The notes beneath the pieces were generated by a model. It had not been told where the DNA came from, searched no databases, and saw nothing but the letters and a program-made list of their open reading frames with translations. From Zygnema circumcarinatum SAG 698-1b (taxonomy: Eukaryota; Plantae; Zygnematophyceae), in NCBI GenBank assembly GCA_037447605.1, contig CM074805.1, forward strand, positions 3,877,361 through 3,941,360: a DNA stretch of 64,000 nucleotides, written 5' to 3'. Shown piece by piece: positions 51,734-64,000 of the stretch. Position 1 is the first letter of the stretch. Each line of letters opens with the position of its first letter. A program made the position numbers and the translations under genes.

Positions 51734-54247
51734 TCAGAAGGAAGGGAAAGGGTGAGACGGACAAGCCTGCTCACTTTTTGTATGCAGGGGACTCCCAGTT
51801 AAAGGAGAGCTTCGCCGAGGTGTCGAAGGGGTTGTGACTGCACCGCCAAAACTTGGGCGACTAACTGCAAATTGAAGGCTATGCAGGGCAGCAAGCTTCC
51901 TTTGGGCCCTCCTCCACCTCCTGGCCATGGCACTCTCTTGTGAGTCCGTTCCCTCATCTCCACTACCATCTGATTTCTGTAGCCTCTCCTTAGCCACTCC
52001 ACCTCTGTTATTGTCCATCTCCAACTCTCCGCTGTGTCCCAACATTTCACACAAGTCAAGTTTCACAGGAAGGCTGCCGCCTCTTGCAAGTCCAGTGGGA
52101 GCCTCTTTTCCTCCATTTTGTCGCTTTATTGATTGGAGAGCGATTGGACTGCTACGTACAGTTGACATTCTGCTCCACATGAGCGGCTTCAAGTTCATCC
52201 TCCCACCAGGTGACTTTCCAGGGCTTTCCGGAATAGCAACTTCGTGCAAAAAACCTTGAAACTCAAACTCTTTCTCACTGTCAGCTGCACCTTGCTTGTT
52301 TCCAGTCTCCTGTCTCTGAACCTTCTGCTCTGCAAACTGACTACCCTCTGCTTCAGGGTCTCTCGCAGCGAACTTATTTCCAAAGATTGCCAGTCCAATC
52401 TCCTCCAGAGTCCTGCCCCTTGGTTCGCTTTCATTCACCTTTCCCTGCTCTCTCAACTGTGGAGCAATCTCCTCCGTATCCGAGTCCCACTCGTTACTTT
52501 TGTGCTCATGTTCTGAATAAGTCTGAGAGGTTGGAGACTTGTTCAATGAAAAAGCGTTGTTTGTATCTGTGATCGCTGGTCGTGGGAGACGACGGCTAAG
52601 TGGTGACACGGAACGTGCTCGCATGCCAACCTCCCGTGCAGGACTTCTTGCAAGTGGAGGCCGAGAAAGAGGAGGGAGTGAAGATTTAGATTCAGGGGAC
52701 CCCTCAGTATGAGCAGTCACTGGCGATTGGCGGCTTCGGACAGAGGGAGGAGAGGCTCGTGCTGAGAGAGGAGGTCCGAGGAGTGACAAGGGCTCGGCCA
52801 TAGAGTAGTCCTTCTGCATGGGGGAGTAGGAGGTGGAGGGGAAGTCATGGGGGAGGGGAGGGACGGGCATGGGAGGAGAACGGCTGGGTGAGCGAGCAGG
52901 AGAGGCGGAGGGAGAAGCTGAAGGGGACACAGAGGGGAAGGAGGAGACTCCAAATGGGGCACCCAGTTCAGCTTCTGCAGGGATGATGTCCTTTGGAAAC
53001 TGCTCAGTTAACGTGGAGGTAGGAACCCGGGAATTTGCATATATCATGTCAAGATGGGAGACGGGAGGAGTAGGAGAGGGAGAGCGAGAGCGCCTGCGAA
53101 CAGGACGCTCTGTTCTGTGGTTAGGACGGTCAGCCCTTTCCGCGAGTGCAGAAGCATTGTTATCCTGAGGGGCCTCCCATTCCTTCCATGGAGTAGCCAC
53201 TGGAAGGCTTGAAGCTCTTGCCAACGCAATCGCAGGCCCGTCCCTGCTCCTGAAAGCGGGAGGAAACTCGGCAATTTGAGGGTTTGTGAGAGCAGGAACA
53301 TCGAGAGAGTAGCTGCCAGCTCCTTCGCCCTGCCTGAAGGCCGCCATGTGAGAGTAGAAATCAGTGTTGTTTGGCTCAGTAGAAGGGCCTCTACCTGCAA
53401 CTCCTGAGTCATCATTGTTCTCACAGTCAGTGACATCAGTCAAATTCATCTCCTCCAACTCCTTCTGCAGAGCTATCTTCCCCGCGCTTCGCCTACGAAC
53501 TACTTTTGCAGTTCCATGTTGACTAGGCACCTCCCCCTCTCCTGGGTTTGTTTGCCGCGCTGACAGTACCGAGTCCGGAACGTCTACCTCACAAGCCCAG
53601 TCTCTCTCAGCCCAAGGAAGCTCCCACTCACTCTCCCTCCGGTGTCTCTCTTCACGCGTCCAGTCTCTCTCAGCCCATTGAAGCTCCCAGTCTCTCTCTC
53701 CCTGGCCTGAAGTCGCAGTCTTCATTCTTTCGAGCTTCCGTTGCCTCCACTGCATTTTTGTAATCTCGCTTTCTTTGGCCGCCTTGCCAATTTCTTGCGC
53801 GTCCCACTTTGCCATTCCTCGCACTCTCTCATAGCCCTCCGTTGGAGAAACGGACAATTTCTCTGCAGCCCCTCTCTCCACAGGTGACTTCCTGTCACTG
53901 TTTAATCCCCCCTTCTCCACTTCTTCAGAAAGCCCTAATCCGGCCGCATATCTCGGAAGGGGACTGCTACCGCTGCTACTGCTCTTCCTCGAAAAAGACT
54001 TCGCTGCTTTAACAGAGGCATGCGGAATGCTTCCCTCTTTAGTGGGAGCTTCTTTCCCTCTCCCCTTCTCACTCTGTCCTTCCCGATATTTGTGTGACTG
54101 TGCCTCCCCCAGCCGCTGATTAATATCCTCACTGCGATGGCGGATAAGCTTGCTTGTGGAGGCCGGTCGTGAAAGGTGATCTCTGCTCGGAGAAAGGCCT
54201 TCCGGAAGGACCTGCACTCGCATTTGATGCTTTTGCCAGAAATGCAT
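51734..54247 (-). CDS. Large Ser/Pro/Glu-rich, probably intrinsically disordered protein (837-aa ORF); family unrecognised
   Basis: A 2.5-kb open frame with protein-like composition and an internal 21-aa Trp-rich repeat. Additional exons are possible. Confidence 0.75.
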   Translation of the reverse strand: MHFWQKHQMRVQVLPEGLSPSRDHLSRPASTSKLIRHRSEDINQRLGEAQSHKYREGQSEKGRGKEAPTKEGSIPHASVKAAKSFSRKSSSSGSSPLPRYAAGLGLSEEVEKGGLNSDRKSPVERGAAEKLSVSPTEGYERVRGMAKWDAQEIGKAAKESEITKMQWRQRKLERMKTATSGQGERDWELQWAERDWTREERHRRESEWELPWAERDWACEVDVPDSVLSARQTNPGEGEVPSQHGTAKVVRRRSAGKIALQKELEEMNLTDVTDCENNDDSGVAGRGPSTEPNNTDFYSHMAAFRQGEGAGSYSLDVPALTNPQIAEFPPAFRSRDGPAIALARASSLPVATPWKEWEAPQDNNASALAERADRPNHRTERPVRRRSRSPSPTPPVSHLDMIYANSRVPTSTLTEQFPKDIIPAEAELGAPFGVSSFPSVSPSASPSASPARSPSRSPPMPVPPLPHDFPSTSYSPMQKDYSMAEPLSLLGPPLSARASPPSVRSRQSPVTAHTEGSPESKSSLPPLSRPPLARSPAREVGMRARSVSPLSRRLPRPAITDTNNAFSLNKSPTSQTYSEHEHKSNEWDSDTEEIAPQLREQGKVNESEPRGRTLEEIGLAIFGNKFAARDPEAEGSQFAEQKVQRQETGNKQGAADSEKEFEFQGFLHEVAIPESPGKSPGGRMNLKPLMWSRMSTVRSSPIALQSIKRQNGGKEAPTGLARGGSLPVKLDLCEMLGHSGELEMDNNRGGVAKERLQKSDGSGDEGTDSQESAMARRWRRAQRKLAALHSLQFAVSRPSFGGAVTTPSTPRRSSPLTGSPLHTKSEQACPSHPFPSF

Positions 54248-56080
54248 TTTGCCAAAGCCACCGTCGTGCTGCTACTAGGGCAGCCGACGCTCGTCTCAGA
54301 TACAAATGGCCCTGCCTGTTCCACCCACCTGCCACCTGTTTCAAAACCTTCAAGACCTAGCTACTACCGATCACTTCCACACTCGTCCCGTATTACACTC
54401 CGATTCCACAATAAGGATTTCCACCGACTCTCCTCGACTCGTCTCCCCTCGCGCCCTTTGCCCTCCGCTTCCCCCTCGCCACCTCACTCTCTTCTTTCCC
54501 GCACTCGGCCTACTCAGTTCCCCCGCCTATCTCCGGCAAGCATGGGGGCCTCCCCCTCAACCATTCACTCGACCATTCCGAAACAATTCCTACGCAGCAC
54601 TACCTCTCCTCTCCTTCGTCCCTCCCTCCCACCCCCTTCTCTACCTGCAACACCTTCCTCTGCTTAGCCCTAACCCCCCCACCCTGCCCCGCCCCGCCCA
54701 CCCCCCCACACTCTTCCCTTCTCTGCACTCTGCCCCCCACTTGCGAGAGCGAGTAAGCGAGAGCGAGAGATGGCGAGAGGGAGAGGGAGCGAGAGAGCTC
54801 GCGCGAGGCACGCGAGGCTGCGGCGGGGGAGGGGGAGGGCGACAGGCGGCAGGGAGGGGGGGGGGGGCTGGGCGGGCAGGCAGGCGCGCTCTGCTGCTGC
54901 CGGCGGCAGCCCGCCGGCCGGCAGCACTAAATTCCTGCCGGCCGGCGGACGAAGGCGACAAACGGGAGGTGGCTGCAAGTGGATCCGCGCGCTACGCGAC
55001 AAGCGCGGCCGGTGGCGCAATGACGGCCCCTGTGACTTTACCGAGCGGCAGGCTACCGGCCGCTAGCCGCCAAAAGGGGCTGCCGACAGAACGGGTTTAG
55101 TCGGGAAATCGGAGTTGATCCGGCGGTGTTGTTGATCTCGCGAGTGGACGCGCGGACCGACCGCGACATGCCATGCCATTCTATGCCCAATCATGCGGCC
55201 CATGCTGCAGGCCACATGGGACGGGGAACCACGAGGAGAAGCCGAGGCCGCGCCCTCGGACGGACGGAGAGGGCTACGAGCAAAGCTATGAGAGGAGCGC
55301 CGCCTCTACGTACCGTAGGCCTCACAACAACGCGTCTCGAGAAGCAGCCCCTCCCCTCCCCGCAGGTGAGAGGAGAAGAGAGGGGAGGACACGGACCGAC
55401 AAGGCGAGGCGAGCCAACAACAACAAGAACAACCACCAAGGCGATGATGCTGCTGCTGACGATGCTCATGATGATGGCGCACCGCCAACCGCCGCTGCCA
55501 ACGCGGCCGCAAGGCGCCGGCGACGCGCGGACGGCGAACCGACCGGCAGCAAACCGGCGAGTGCGCACCTCGTATTGGCCGGCCGGCTGCACTTTGGCCT
55601 GCCGGCCGGCCGGGCGCCCGCCGCCAGGCGACAGCCTTCTGTGCGCGGCGCCGCTCTTTCCGGCTCTATTTGGCAGCTTGTGCCCCCAGCCGAAAAGACA
55701 AAGCTGCCCGCCCGTACTCCAGCTGGCCCGCTGTACGATCGGCTGATTAGCCCGCTGGTCGCCGTCTGCCTGGCTGCCACGTGGCAATGCAGGGCGCCGC
55801 CGATTCGTCCACGTGCCCGGTTTTAGTGGAATTCGTACGGACCGTACAGGGTACTCCCCTCAAAATATCGGTAGCCCGATCCTTCCCGGATTCGATTTAC
55901 CATACGGTACGGCACAGGCTGGATCCTGACTTTAGCTTGCTAGCCGTTGACCCCGGAAACGCGGGATTCCTGACTTTAACGAGAGCCGCTCGATAAAAAA
56001 ATATCTTTATGTTTTTGTGACCTTATAGGTTGCTCCGCCCGCGCCATGCAGCAGTGAATGGGACAACATTACTTCGTCCA

Positions 56081-56199
56081 TGCACATGTAATGGCATCAT
56101 CGCCATCGTGAGACATCCTTTTCTTGGCAATCTTACTCTTGAAGAAATGGATGTGGCATGCATTGATCTCACGATGGCCATGATGCCATCACATGTGCA
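56081..56199. ncRNA. Pre-miRNA-like or foldback hairpin (candidate)
   Basis: Arms 56081-56113 and 56167-56199 are complementary at 31/33 positions, and there is an additional inner stem. There is no expression evidence. Confidence 0.35.
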
Positions 56200-58170
56200 A
56201 GCACAAAATCAGCATGGGTAACCACGAGGAACTGGTCGCAAAGGACCAAGGGCAAAAAAAAAGCTAGCGGAAGAGCACGCAGAGGTTGAGGCTGTGCCTG
56301 CCTTGGGGGGAGGTCGTTTGGAAGCCCACCGGTACCAAAAGCGGTACTCTTCCTTGCGCTGCTGTGAATTGCAGCGCGGGAGATAGGTACTACTTTCGGA
56401 ATATGCTTGTTCTATTTCCCTGTTTCCTTTCGCGGAGCGACAAGCGGCCTCGTGGTCGTCGAGAGGGCCTTCCTCCGAGGGAGGCGCTGAGTTTGGCCGC
56501 GTGCGCCATCGGAAGGTCACTGCCGCATGTCGGAGCGATAAGGGCTGTACTGCTACCGCGTCTCGCAATGGTGGCTCGCCACGTATACACATCTGTACAC
56601 GTGGCAGAACGCCATTGACCGATGCTGTGCCCGTGTGCCGAGGCATCTGAGAAAGGCTCTCGTTCTCTCTCTTTCTCTCTCTCTCTGTCCGTCGTATTAT
56701 AATTTGCGTTGTCGCTTGGCCCCATATTATTAGGGCGGACAAATCGCGGTCACTCGCAGGGAGAGGGGGAGGGAGGTAGGGAAAGAGGGAGAGGGAGGGA
56801 GGGAGAGAGGGAGAGGGAGGGAGAAAAACATGCGCCAACGGCCGGTCGATATGTGCGCGAGCGGACAAAAAGCGGACGGACGGACGGAGCAGATTCCCAG
56901 AGCGACCCGTCCGTCCGTCCGTCCGTCGTAAAGCAAATCCGTACGGATGGCTGACCGTACGGTACTGCCCGCGGCTGCTCGCGGGCGGGCGGGCGGGCGG
57001 ACGCTCACTCAAGGGCGAGGGTCGGAGGGCGGGGAAGGTAATGGCTCCAAGGATTTTGGACCACAGTCTTGGCACAAGGCAGGCTCGCGGAGGCGAAGAA
57101 AGGCAGGAAGGCAGGAAAGAAGGAAGGAAGGAAGGAAGGCTTCGCCATCTCCGGTCGGTTGTAGCAAAAAGGGGAAGCAGCTTCGGGATAGTCTGTACTG
57201 GGATCGACGATTTTCCACAGCAGGTTGTATCCTTTCCCTTTCGTTATTTTCTTTCTGTTGAGTGAAGGCAATCGCAATGCCTAGGACTAAGTCGGAAACA
57301 AACCTGCTTTTTCGGGTCCGATAGGTGTGAAGTCCTTGGAATCCGCGCTACGTTTTTTTAGGTTTAGCATACCCTACATGGCCCGAAAACAACTTCAAAG
57401 CCACGCCTGGGCCCCTTGAGCGCTAGCAATACAATTCTATGATCCCGACTTCCACACAAATAATCTCTGACGAAGTTTAAGTCAGCCGATAGGGGGAGAG
57501 AAAAGAGCACGACAACTTCGTCGGCATACTGGAGAAGGCTACTCGGCGAGTCTCCGAGACGATCTTTTGATTATTTCCCAAAATGTAAAAGTATTCGCTC
57601 AAGCAAAGGCTTCTATTTTCAGCACTTTCTGCCAGGTTTTACAATAAACACTAGGCTGAATTAAAAGAACTTGCGAATTTCAAGTTTAGCGAATTTCAGA
57701 ATTCAAATTCGAAGATTTGATGACAGTTACGGTATGAACAAACTTTCTCTCACGTAAACCCGCCATAGCGCCTGTAGAACCAAATCATGACTTGAACATC
57801 TGCACTACAATTGAAAACTAGCTCCAAGGAAAACCTACACGGAACAATCTTCAAGCTTGCGCAACCGGCCGCCCTTTCTTGTACTCTTCACGGCCTAAAG
57901 CCCTAGAATCCTATATACCGCCTCAACTTCCCCATCGTTACATCGGAGTTCCTGTCACTCAGAGCTTGGAGGGATAGGTCCTCCAGCCTGCAGGGCCATT
58001 TGCTTTCTCCTCTTCGATGCCTCGATCATCTCACTGACAACCCAGCAGCCCCCAAAATTCAGATACAGAAATCATTCATCAACAAACAAACACACAGATA
58101 CAAGATGATTAAGGCAAAAAAACAGGTGCAGGAAGGGCCTGAAGAGGTCTTTCAGTCAGCGGAGCATCAA

Positions 58171-61100
58171 TCACCTCTTGCGCTTCTTCTTTTGAATGTC
58201 GATCTTGGGCAGGGTGGAGATGTCCTTCCTTCGCAGCACACGAGTTTTTTCGTTCCCACGCTTCCTATGCTTGGGAAGTGAAAGCATCCAAGGTGGAACT
58301 TCGCTTCCTGAAGCTGTGATGACATTTGCAATGGACCTCAGTGACGGACTGTCACTCTCGGTGTAGAGAGTGATTGCTTTTCCCGGGCGTCCAGCTCTAC
58401 CGCTCCGTCCTGCCATAGTCAACCAAAACACCTCATGAAGTTTTCTCCTCTCTTTCTCCAGCCCCAGCTTTTCCTTTATTCAAATCGAACAAACTTTTCA
58501 ACTATCAATTAGCCAGGCCTCTCTGTTTCAGTGAAGTCCTGACTTTGAAAGCGAAAGTAGAAACCGGCAGACAGCCAAAATGGACTGAGGGATGACAACT
58601 AACGAAATTCCCCTCACCTATGCGGTGTACATATGAAGCCGTGCTCTGGGGAAAGTCGTAATTCACCACACAAGCCACCCCTTTGAAGTCCATGCCTCGA
58701 GCCATCACATCCGTGGCTATCAGCACCCATGTTCGACCGGCTCGAAAGCTCTCCACCACTGCCTCCCTCTGCATTTCCAAATTGAACCAAGAATAACTCA
58801 ACTTAACTCAACAGGGACATTGAAAACAGAGCTTCATCCCGAGCTACAATCTCAATCAGGTGAGCGGAGTCCACTTCACAGGCAGACTAGTTGCCAGAGA
58901 TGCCAGCGACAAAGGCACCTTGCAACAAAGAAATAAAATGAAACGAGAAAGTCGACGACGGGTGTGTTCAACGATTTCACGCTACCTTTTGTCCAATAAC
59001 AGTGATTTGCACCGTCAAAAGCTAACAAAAGAAACTCTCAAACCACTTCCATCGGACAACCCGCATACGGGAAGTCGGGCAAATGTTTGGGACAGCTCGC
59101 GGTCATTCCAAAGACACGGGACCAATGACATCTTCCGCTTAGTCTGCTGGACATAATCAGCCAGCACAAGCTAATCCTTGAGAGATTCTACACAAACTCT
59201 CAAGTGGCACAGAAGTGTTGGGTCTTCCAATGGGCACAGGAACACGCAGTGCTGTGCTGGTAAGAGACCGAGCAGAATCTTGCAGGGCGACAACAGGCCA
59301 GGCACATTTCACATGGAAGGTCCACATGGCTGTGGCCTTATACATGCCATGCTTGAAGCCGCTGAACTACTCTGAGAAAGCCCAAGAGTCGTGCTAATCT
59401 GAAGCCAAAGTGCCATCTTCCTAGAGAAAAAATGGGGAGGGGAAAAGGGGAGGGCTTATGTTGATTGGCTGACCTGCGCTTGGGTTCTATCTGCATGGAT
59501 GACATCCACCTTCACGCCATCAAAGGAGAGCTCCTTGTAAAGCTGCTTTGCCCTCTCTTTACTCTGTACAAACATGAGTACTGGTGGCTGCAATCCCTGT
59601 ATACAAAAGCGCCTCCTTTAGTGAATAAGACAATCAGGCCGACAACTGCAAAAAGAAAATGCCACTGTAACCAAAACATAATCCCTCAAAGCAGGTCCAC
59701 AAGGAACTGAAACAAAACTAGGAGAACTGGCATCAGGTTGTCAGAGGTGTAGTTTCTCAACACAGATTTTCAGAACGTAGCATAAGTTTGAGTGTTCATC
59801 ATTTGCCAGTTGCCTCCTAGATTGATCAACATTGGGGAATCAAAAATCTTCATTTTCCAAGCAAGAAGACAATAGACGATGCAAACAAATAAATCACCGT
59901 CTGCCGCACAACAACATTAGATCGACACATATAACATCTTCTGCACATGAGTGAAGTGAAGCAGCCTTTCAGTAGCCCACAAACAAGTGTGAGCATGAAG
60001 ACAATCGACATGGCATCAGTTCCGTCCGCCCGTCTCTGTTTGTCATCATCAAGGATGCCCAAAATCCATGCAATAAACGTAAATAGAATATTTCCAACAC
60101 TATGTGACGACTTTCTTACTATAACTTATGTATACAAAGGAGTGAAAATACCTCTTGAAACATTTGTCGGACAGCTAACAACTTGCCCTCTTCAGAGCCT
60201 ACAAACATAAGCTTCTGTTCCACAGTCTGCGCTGCTGCATTCCTGGAACCATGTCGAGCGACCGGATAGAAATTAGAAAGACAAAAGCAAACACAAAAAA
60301 GAAAGCATAGACCTAAACACTGGAAGCTAAGCAAACAGGTTTAGTGACAAGACATTTCTAGATAATGAAAAGCGCTCCTAGCAAAAACCAATCACGAGTA
60401 TCTGCAAGAATCACATTTACGGTAAAAGTGCCATGGATTAGCATGGCCCCAAAACATTTTCTCAACTACTTCAAAAGAAAAGTAGCCTCTCCACGATATT
60501 GCAGTTGTCAGCAACACCATTTAACAAAAGAGCAATCTGGTGGTGCTCTATGCTGGTAAAACTGCTAACAGTTCTCGCATCACGATTTAACGCAGCAATG
60601 ATAGGCACTGCTGCGCTGGTATAGATGCTTGGCCGAATTCCTAGCCAAAGAGGATTTTCGCTGGACACACATAGCATTATCATTTAGCACGAAGGTGTAC
60701 TTTAACTCTCAAAGACTGTCAGCAAATGTTTTATTTGTTGTCAATGGAGAACAGACAAGTTCTCTCAAGATGAATATTTTCTCACATTGCCTTGAAGTGA
60801 ACAACACAAAAGCGACTGAATGACGGCCATAGCGCGATTAGCAGCAAAAAAAAAGTTATGCGGCACTAACCGCTCTCCGATCACAATTCGAACTGGATCC
60901 TGCATAACGCTTCGGGCCAACTCCTCCACATTCTCTGGCAGCGTTGCGCTGAACAGTGAACGCACCACTTTAGGGTTTGAGCACGCAGCAATGACCTCAT
61001 CAATCTGCTCCACGAAGCCCATCTCAAAAAGCTTGTCCGCTTCATCCAAGACGAGATGCTGAACTCTGCAAATGACAGCAGAACAACAAAATAAGCCAAA

Positions 61101-63655
61101 TGTAAACATAGATTTTCACAAATCCAAAAAAAAAAAGAAAAAAAACTTCAAAATTTGTACAGCTGGCTCTGAGCAGCTTCTTCCTTGTCCTTTAGTACTC
61201 TGTTAATGTTAAACGAATAAAAACTGCAAATTTGTTTGCTTGGCTTCTCGGGTGAATGGACATGCAGAAATTTCACGAAGGGTTCTGCCCGCCATTGCTC
61301 AGGAAATATGATTTGTCTTTATCAACTTTGAGGATAACCTCTTTCAGAAGTCCAGACATAACAGATTTATCATCATTGCAGTGGCAGGCTAGTTAAAGAC
61401 AAGACAAAGAGCCAATTGCATTGCATTCTCGGTGCAAAATTTTGACAGAAGCAGTAACACTACACTAGAGTTGTTCTGGAAACAACTCTACCACAGAGCA
61501 CACGACAAGGTATCCTGTATAAATTGCCTGCAATTCTCCGTTACGCACACCATTGAGCCATCCACATTGATTGGCCACATGTACTCATATGTCACTTCAA
61601 GAAACAATCTTACAGAGAAGAAAGAAGCACCTGCCAAGATCCACTTTGCCCTCCTTCAAAACATGATTGAGGCGAAGTGGTGTGGTAATAAGAAGATCGC
61701 ATGGTGTAGTGGAGAAATCGATGCAGCTGGCTGCTGCCTTTGTCAGCACACGTCCCCTAAGCTTCGTTCTCTTAATAAGTTTCTTTAGCTCTCTGGCTGT
61801 TTGCAGGGCGAGTTCCCGAGTTGGACATAAAATTACAGCTCGTATTCCCTCTTTAGACGGGGCCTGTAAGACACGTCCAAGTTCAGTCCACCATTTCCAT
61901 GTTAAAAAGCAGTATAACACATGCAAGAAAGAGGAACAGTTCACAAAACTCCCTTGTCAGCCGGTTAATTAAGAGAACGAAGCAGTAATGCAATCTGCTA
62001 AATTCCTTCCATATCAGACACCTGCGTTCACATGTCTTCTAGAAAATCACAGCAGTTGATCACTGACACACACTTGAACGACTTCACCGAATATTGTCAT
62101 CCTCCACAAATGCTGGCAGACAAATATACAGAACATACAATTCATCCTGCGGGTTCAAATTGATGAAACAATGCCCACCTGCAAGCTCATCAAGATAGGT
62201 ATAAGAAAAGCCATGGTCTTTCCCGATCCTGTCGGTGCACATGCAAAGCATTCTCTGCCCTGAATCAACCACAACCACATGCATAACACCTCGTTAGCCA
62301 CAATTTTGATTATGTCAAAACAGTATCAGATTGGAAGAAAGGGACATTTTGTAACGGGGATGAGCAGTATCGTCCACTTGACAATGCACCAGCACAAGAT
62401 TCAATTCACTTACTGATGCCAACGTAGGAATGGCCTGTCTCTGGATTGGCGTTGGCTCTGTATAGCCAGCACCCACAACATTTCTAAGAAGGTACCGCTT
62501 GCAACCGAGCCTGCGCACTTCACCAGCATGAGCAGCCACAGAAGACAAATTTGTCAACACTTAACCGCGACTGAAATCGGAAAAAAGTCAGTAACGGACT
62601 GCTTCAATTACTCCAAGACATCCTCGTTCAATTTTGAGATACCTGCCAAACTCGACGAGAGACATTGAACTCATCTTGCAGGAACTCGACTGAAACTATT
62701 GACTCCAAGGATCGGAAGCTGCATGAACAATGAGGGAAAGTAATTGCGTAACCTTACTTGGTAAGCAGGTCCTCGAATCCCTCTAAAGGAGCTGGCACAC
62801 TCTGACCCGATACATGGATTTTGAATTTCTTCCGGAGAATAGCAGCAGCCTGCGGGAAAGAAAGTAAAGGGAGGCATCAGTGAACGACCAATGAATGTTC
62901 CGTAATATTATCCCTCGATGTCCCTCAATGTATGGCCTTTTCACGACATACATTCCTTCTCTGCAACTAATTATGGGTGCTGTCCACGACAGTTACGAAT
63001 ATGAGTAAGAAGGAGCCATTACAACAAAAACCGAACCAGAGAAGACACTGTACGACATGACAAGACACAAGCCCTTCTCCATTTGAAGGAAATTAACCCG
63101 CACCTCTATTTTCGCTGAGTCCAGCTTCCGTTGTTCTCTTTCTCCCAGCTTCGACTTTTCAATGACCTTCTTACCCTTGAAGATCGGAATACCGCCAGGC
63201 TCCAGATCTGCACACAGAGAATGAAGAAGTCAAATCACTAAGACACGTTGCAGTAAGACAACGCATTTCGGTTGAAAATGTCAACGTGTAGGGAAAAACT
63301 GACGACAGGAAACAAAACTCAATCATTCAGTATGCAAAAACGAACATTCTGCTTCACTAGGGCTGGTCAACAAAACAGATAATTACCTGGATCCTTTCCG
63401 TTTGCGACCTGCTTCTTCCTCTTCTTTGAAAGGAGTTTATCAAACCCTTCTGTCGAAGATACATTTCTCATCTCTCGATGCAATCTTTTGCGCTGCGGAA
63501 CCTCGTCTGACGCACTTGAGTTAGTTGCCAACTTGTCCACTTCCACCGACGTACCAGCATCTTGAGCTCCTCCGAAAAAGTCCAAGTTCGTTAACAAAGA
63601 GGATGCCGGAGCACCTTCTGTCTCATTATCAGCTTTCCTCTGCGATGACGAAAAT
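58171..63655 (-). CDS. RH57: DEAD-box RNA helicase RH57 / DDX52 / ROK1 (18S rRNA processing); first exon outside the window
   Basis: Exons ~63655-63387, 63207-63104, 62849-62758, 62510-62414, 62259-62179, 61863-61631, 61065-60871, 60242-60152, 59596-59474, 58768-58618 and 58409-58171. Motifs [36 protein letters not shown] and HRIGRSGRAG. Confidence 0.96.
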
Positions 63656-64000
63656 CTTCCGAGCATGTTAATTGTTGAGTTCTTGCGTGGCGTCAACAAA
63701 AAACAAAGCATAGGTCCATGCTTTAAGGTACGACAACGACAATACAAATTGTCCTTTTGGAACATTGAGCCAAAACATGCGCCATCAAATTATAAAACGA
63801 ATCACATCTTAACAGCGTTTGGCTCCCATGAAATGCCAAAATCATTCGTGTCACAGAGATTGCAGCTTTCACATTGTATTTGCATAGTTACTGCGTCTCT
63901 CACAAACACGAAGCTTAAGCCTTCAGAACAACAGGAAAGACTCCTTCGCCACGTTCAACAATCATCCAACAATCTCTATTCCTGCAGCCTGACAAACAAC

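Noticed and set aside
51562-51837. Plus-strand 91-aa ORF (..RHFYTPDDGGDVLVTLLRRKG..)
   Set aside because: It overlaps antisense to the 3' end of the 837-aa ORF and has no recognised family or flanking exons.
54306-55826. Overlapping 200-260-aa ORFs in the GC-rich island, including 55173-55826
   Set aside because: They are low-complexity, open in several frames on both strands, and have no recognisable domain or convincing splice structure.

Overview
This is an intron-rich nuclear scaffold from the green-plant lineage, most likely a streptophyte alga (inferred from the land-plant-like orthologues and the abundant simple repeats). It has five N gaps. I reconstructed the gene models by hand from GT-AG sites and reading-frame phase. 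In order they are: the 3' end of an unidentified gene (1-299), PUX2, MNS3 alpha-mannosidase, plastid FBA, RPN11, a DEL/atypical E2F, glucuronokinase, BCKDH E1-beta, the 3' half of a BASS1-like transporter, the 5' part of a receptor-like cytoplasmic kinase, an 837-aa disordered ORF, and RH57/DDX52 (5' end outside the window). I found no rRNA, intact tRNA, CRISPR array or intact transposase. The strongest novelty candidate is the DEL gene. It appears to splice an extra ~200-aa N-terminal domain resembling p53/NDT80/COE-type Ig-fold DNA-binding domains onto two E2F winged-helix domains. Other leads are a MITE-like AACCATTG/CAATGGTT palindrome element at two loci, a pre-miRNA-like hairpin, a recurring tandem CCGTACGG plus G-box module, a 369-bp duplication with a conserved core, and a ~440-aa stalk in MNS3. 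The 1777-bp tandem duplication at 47.8-51.4 kb is probably an assembly artefact. Family assignments come from my recall of protein motifs; no database search was run.
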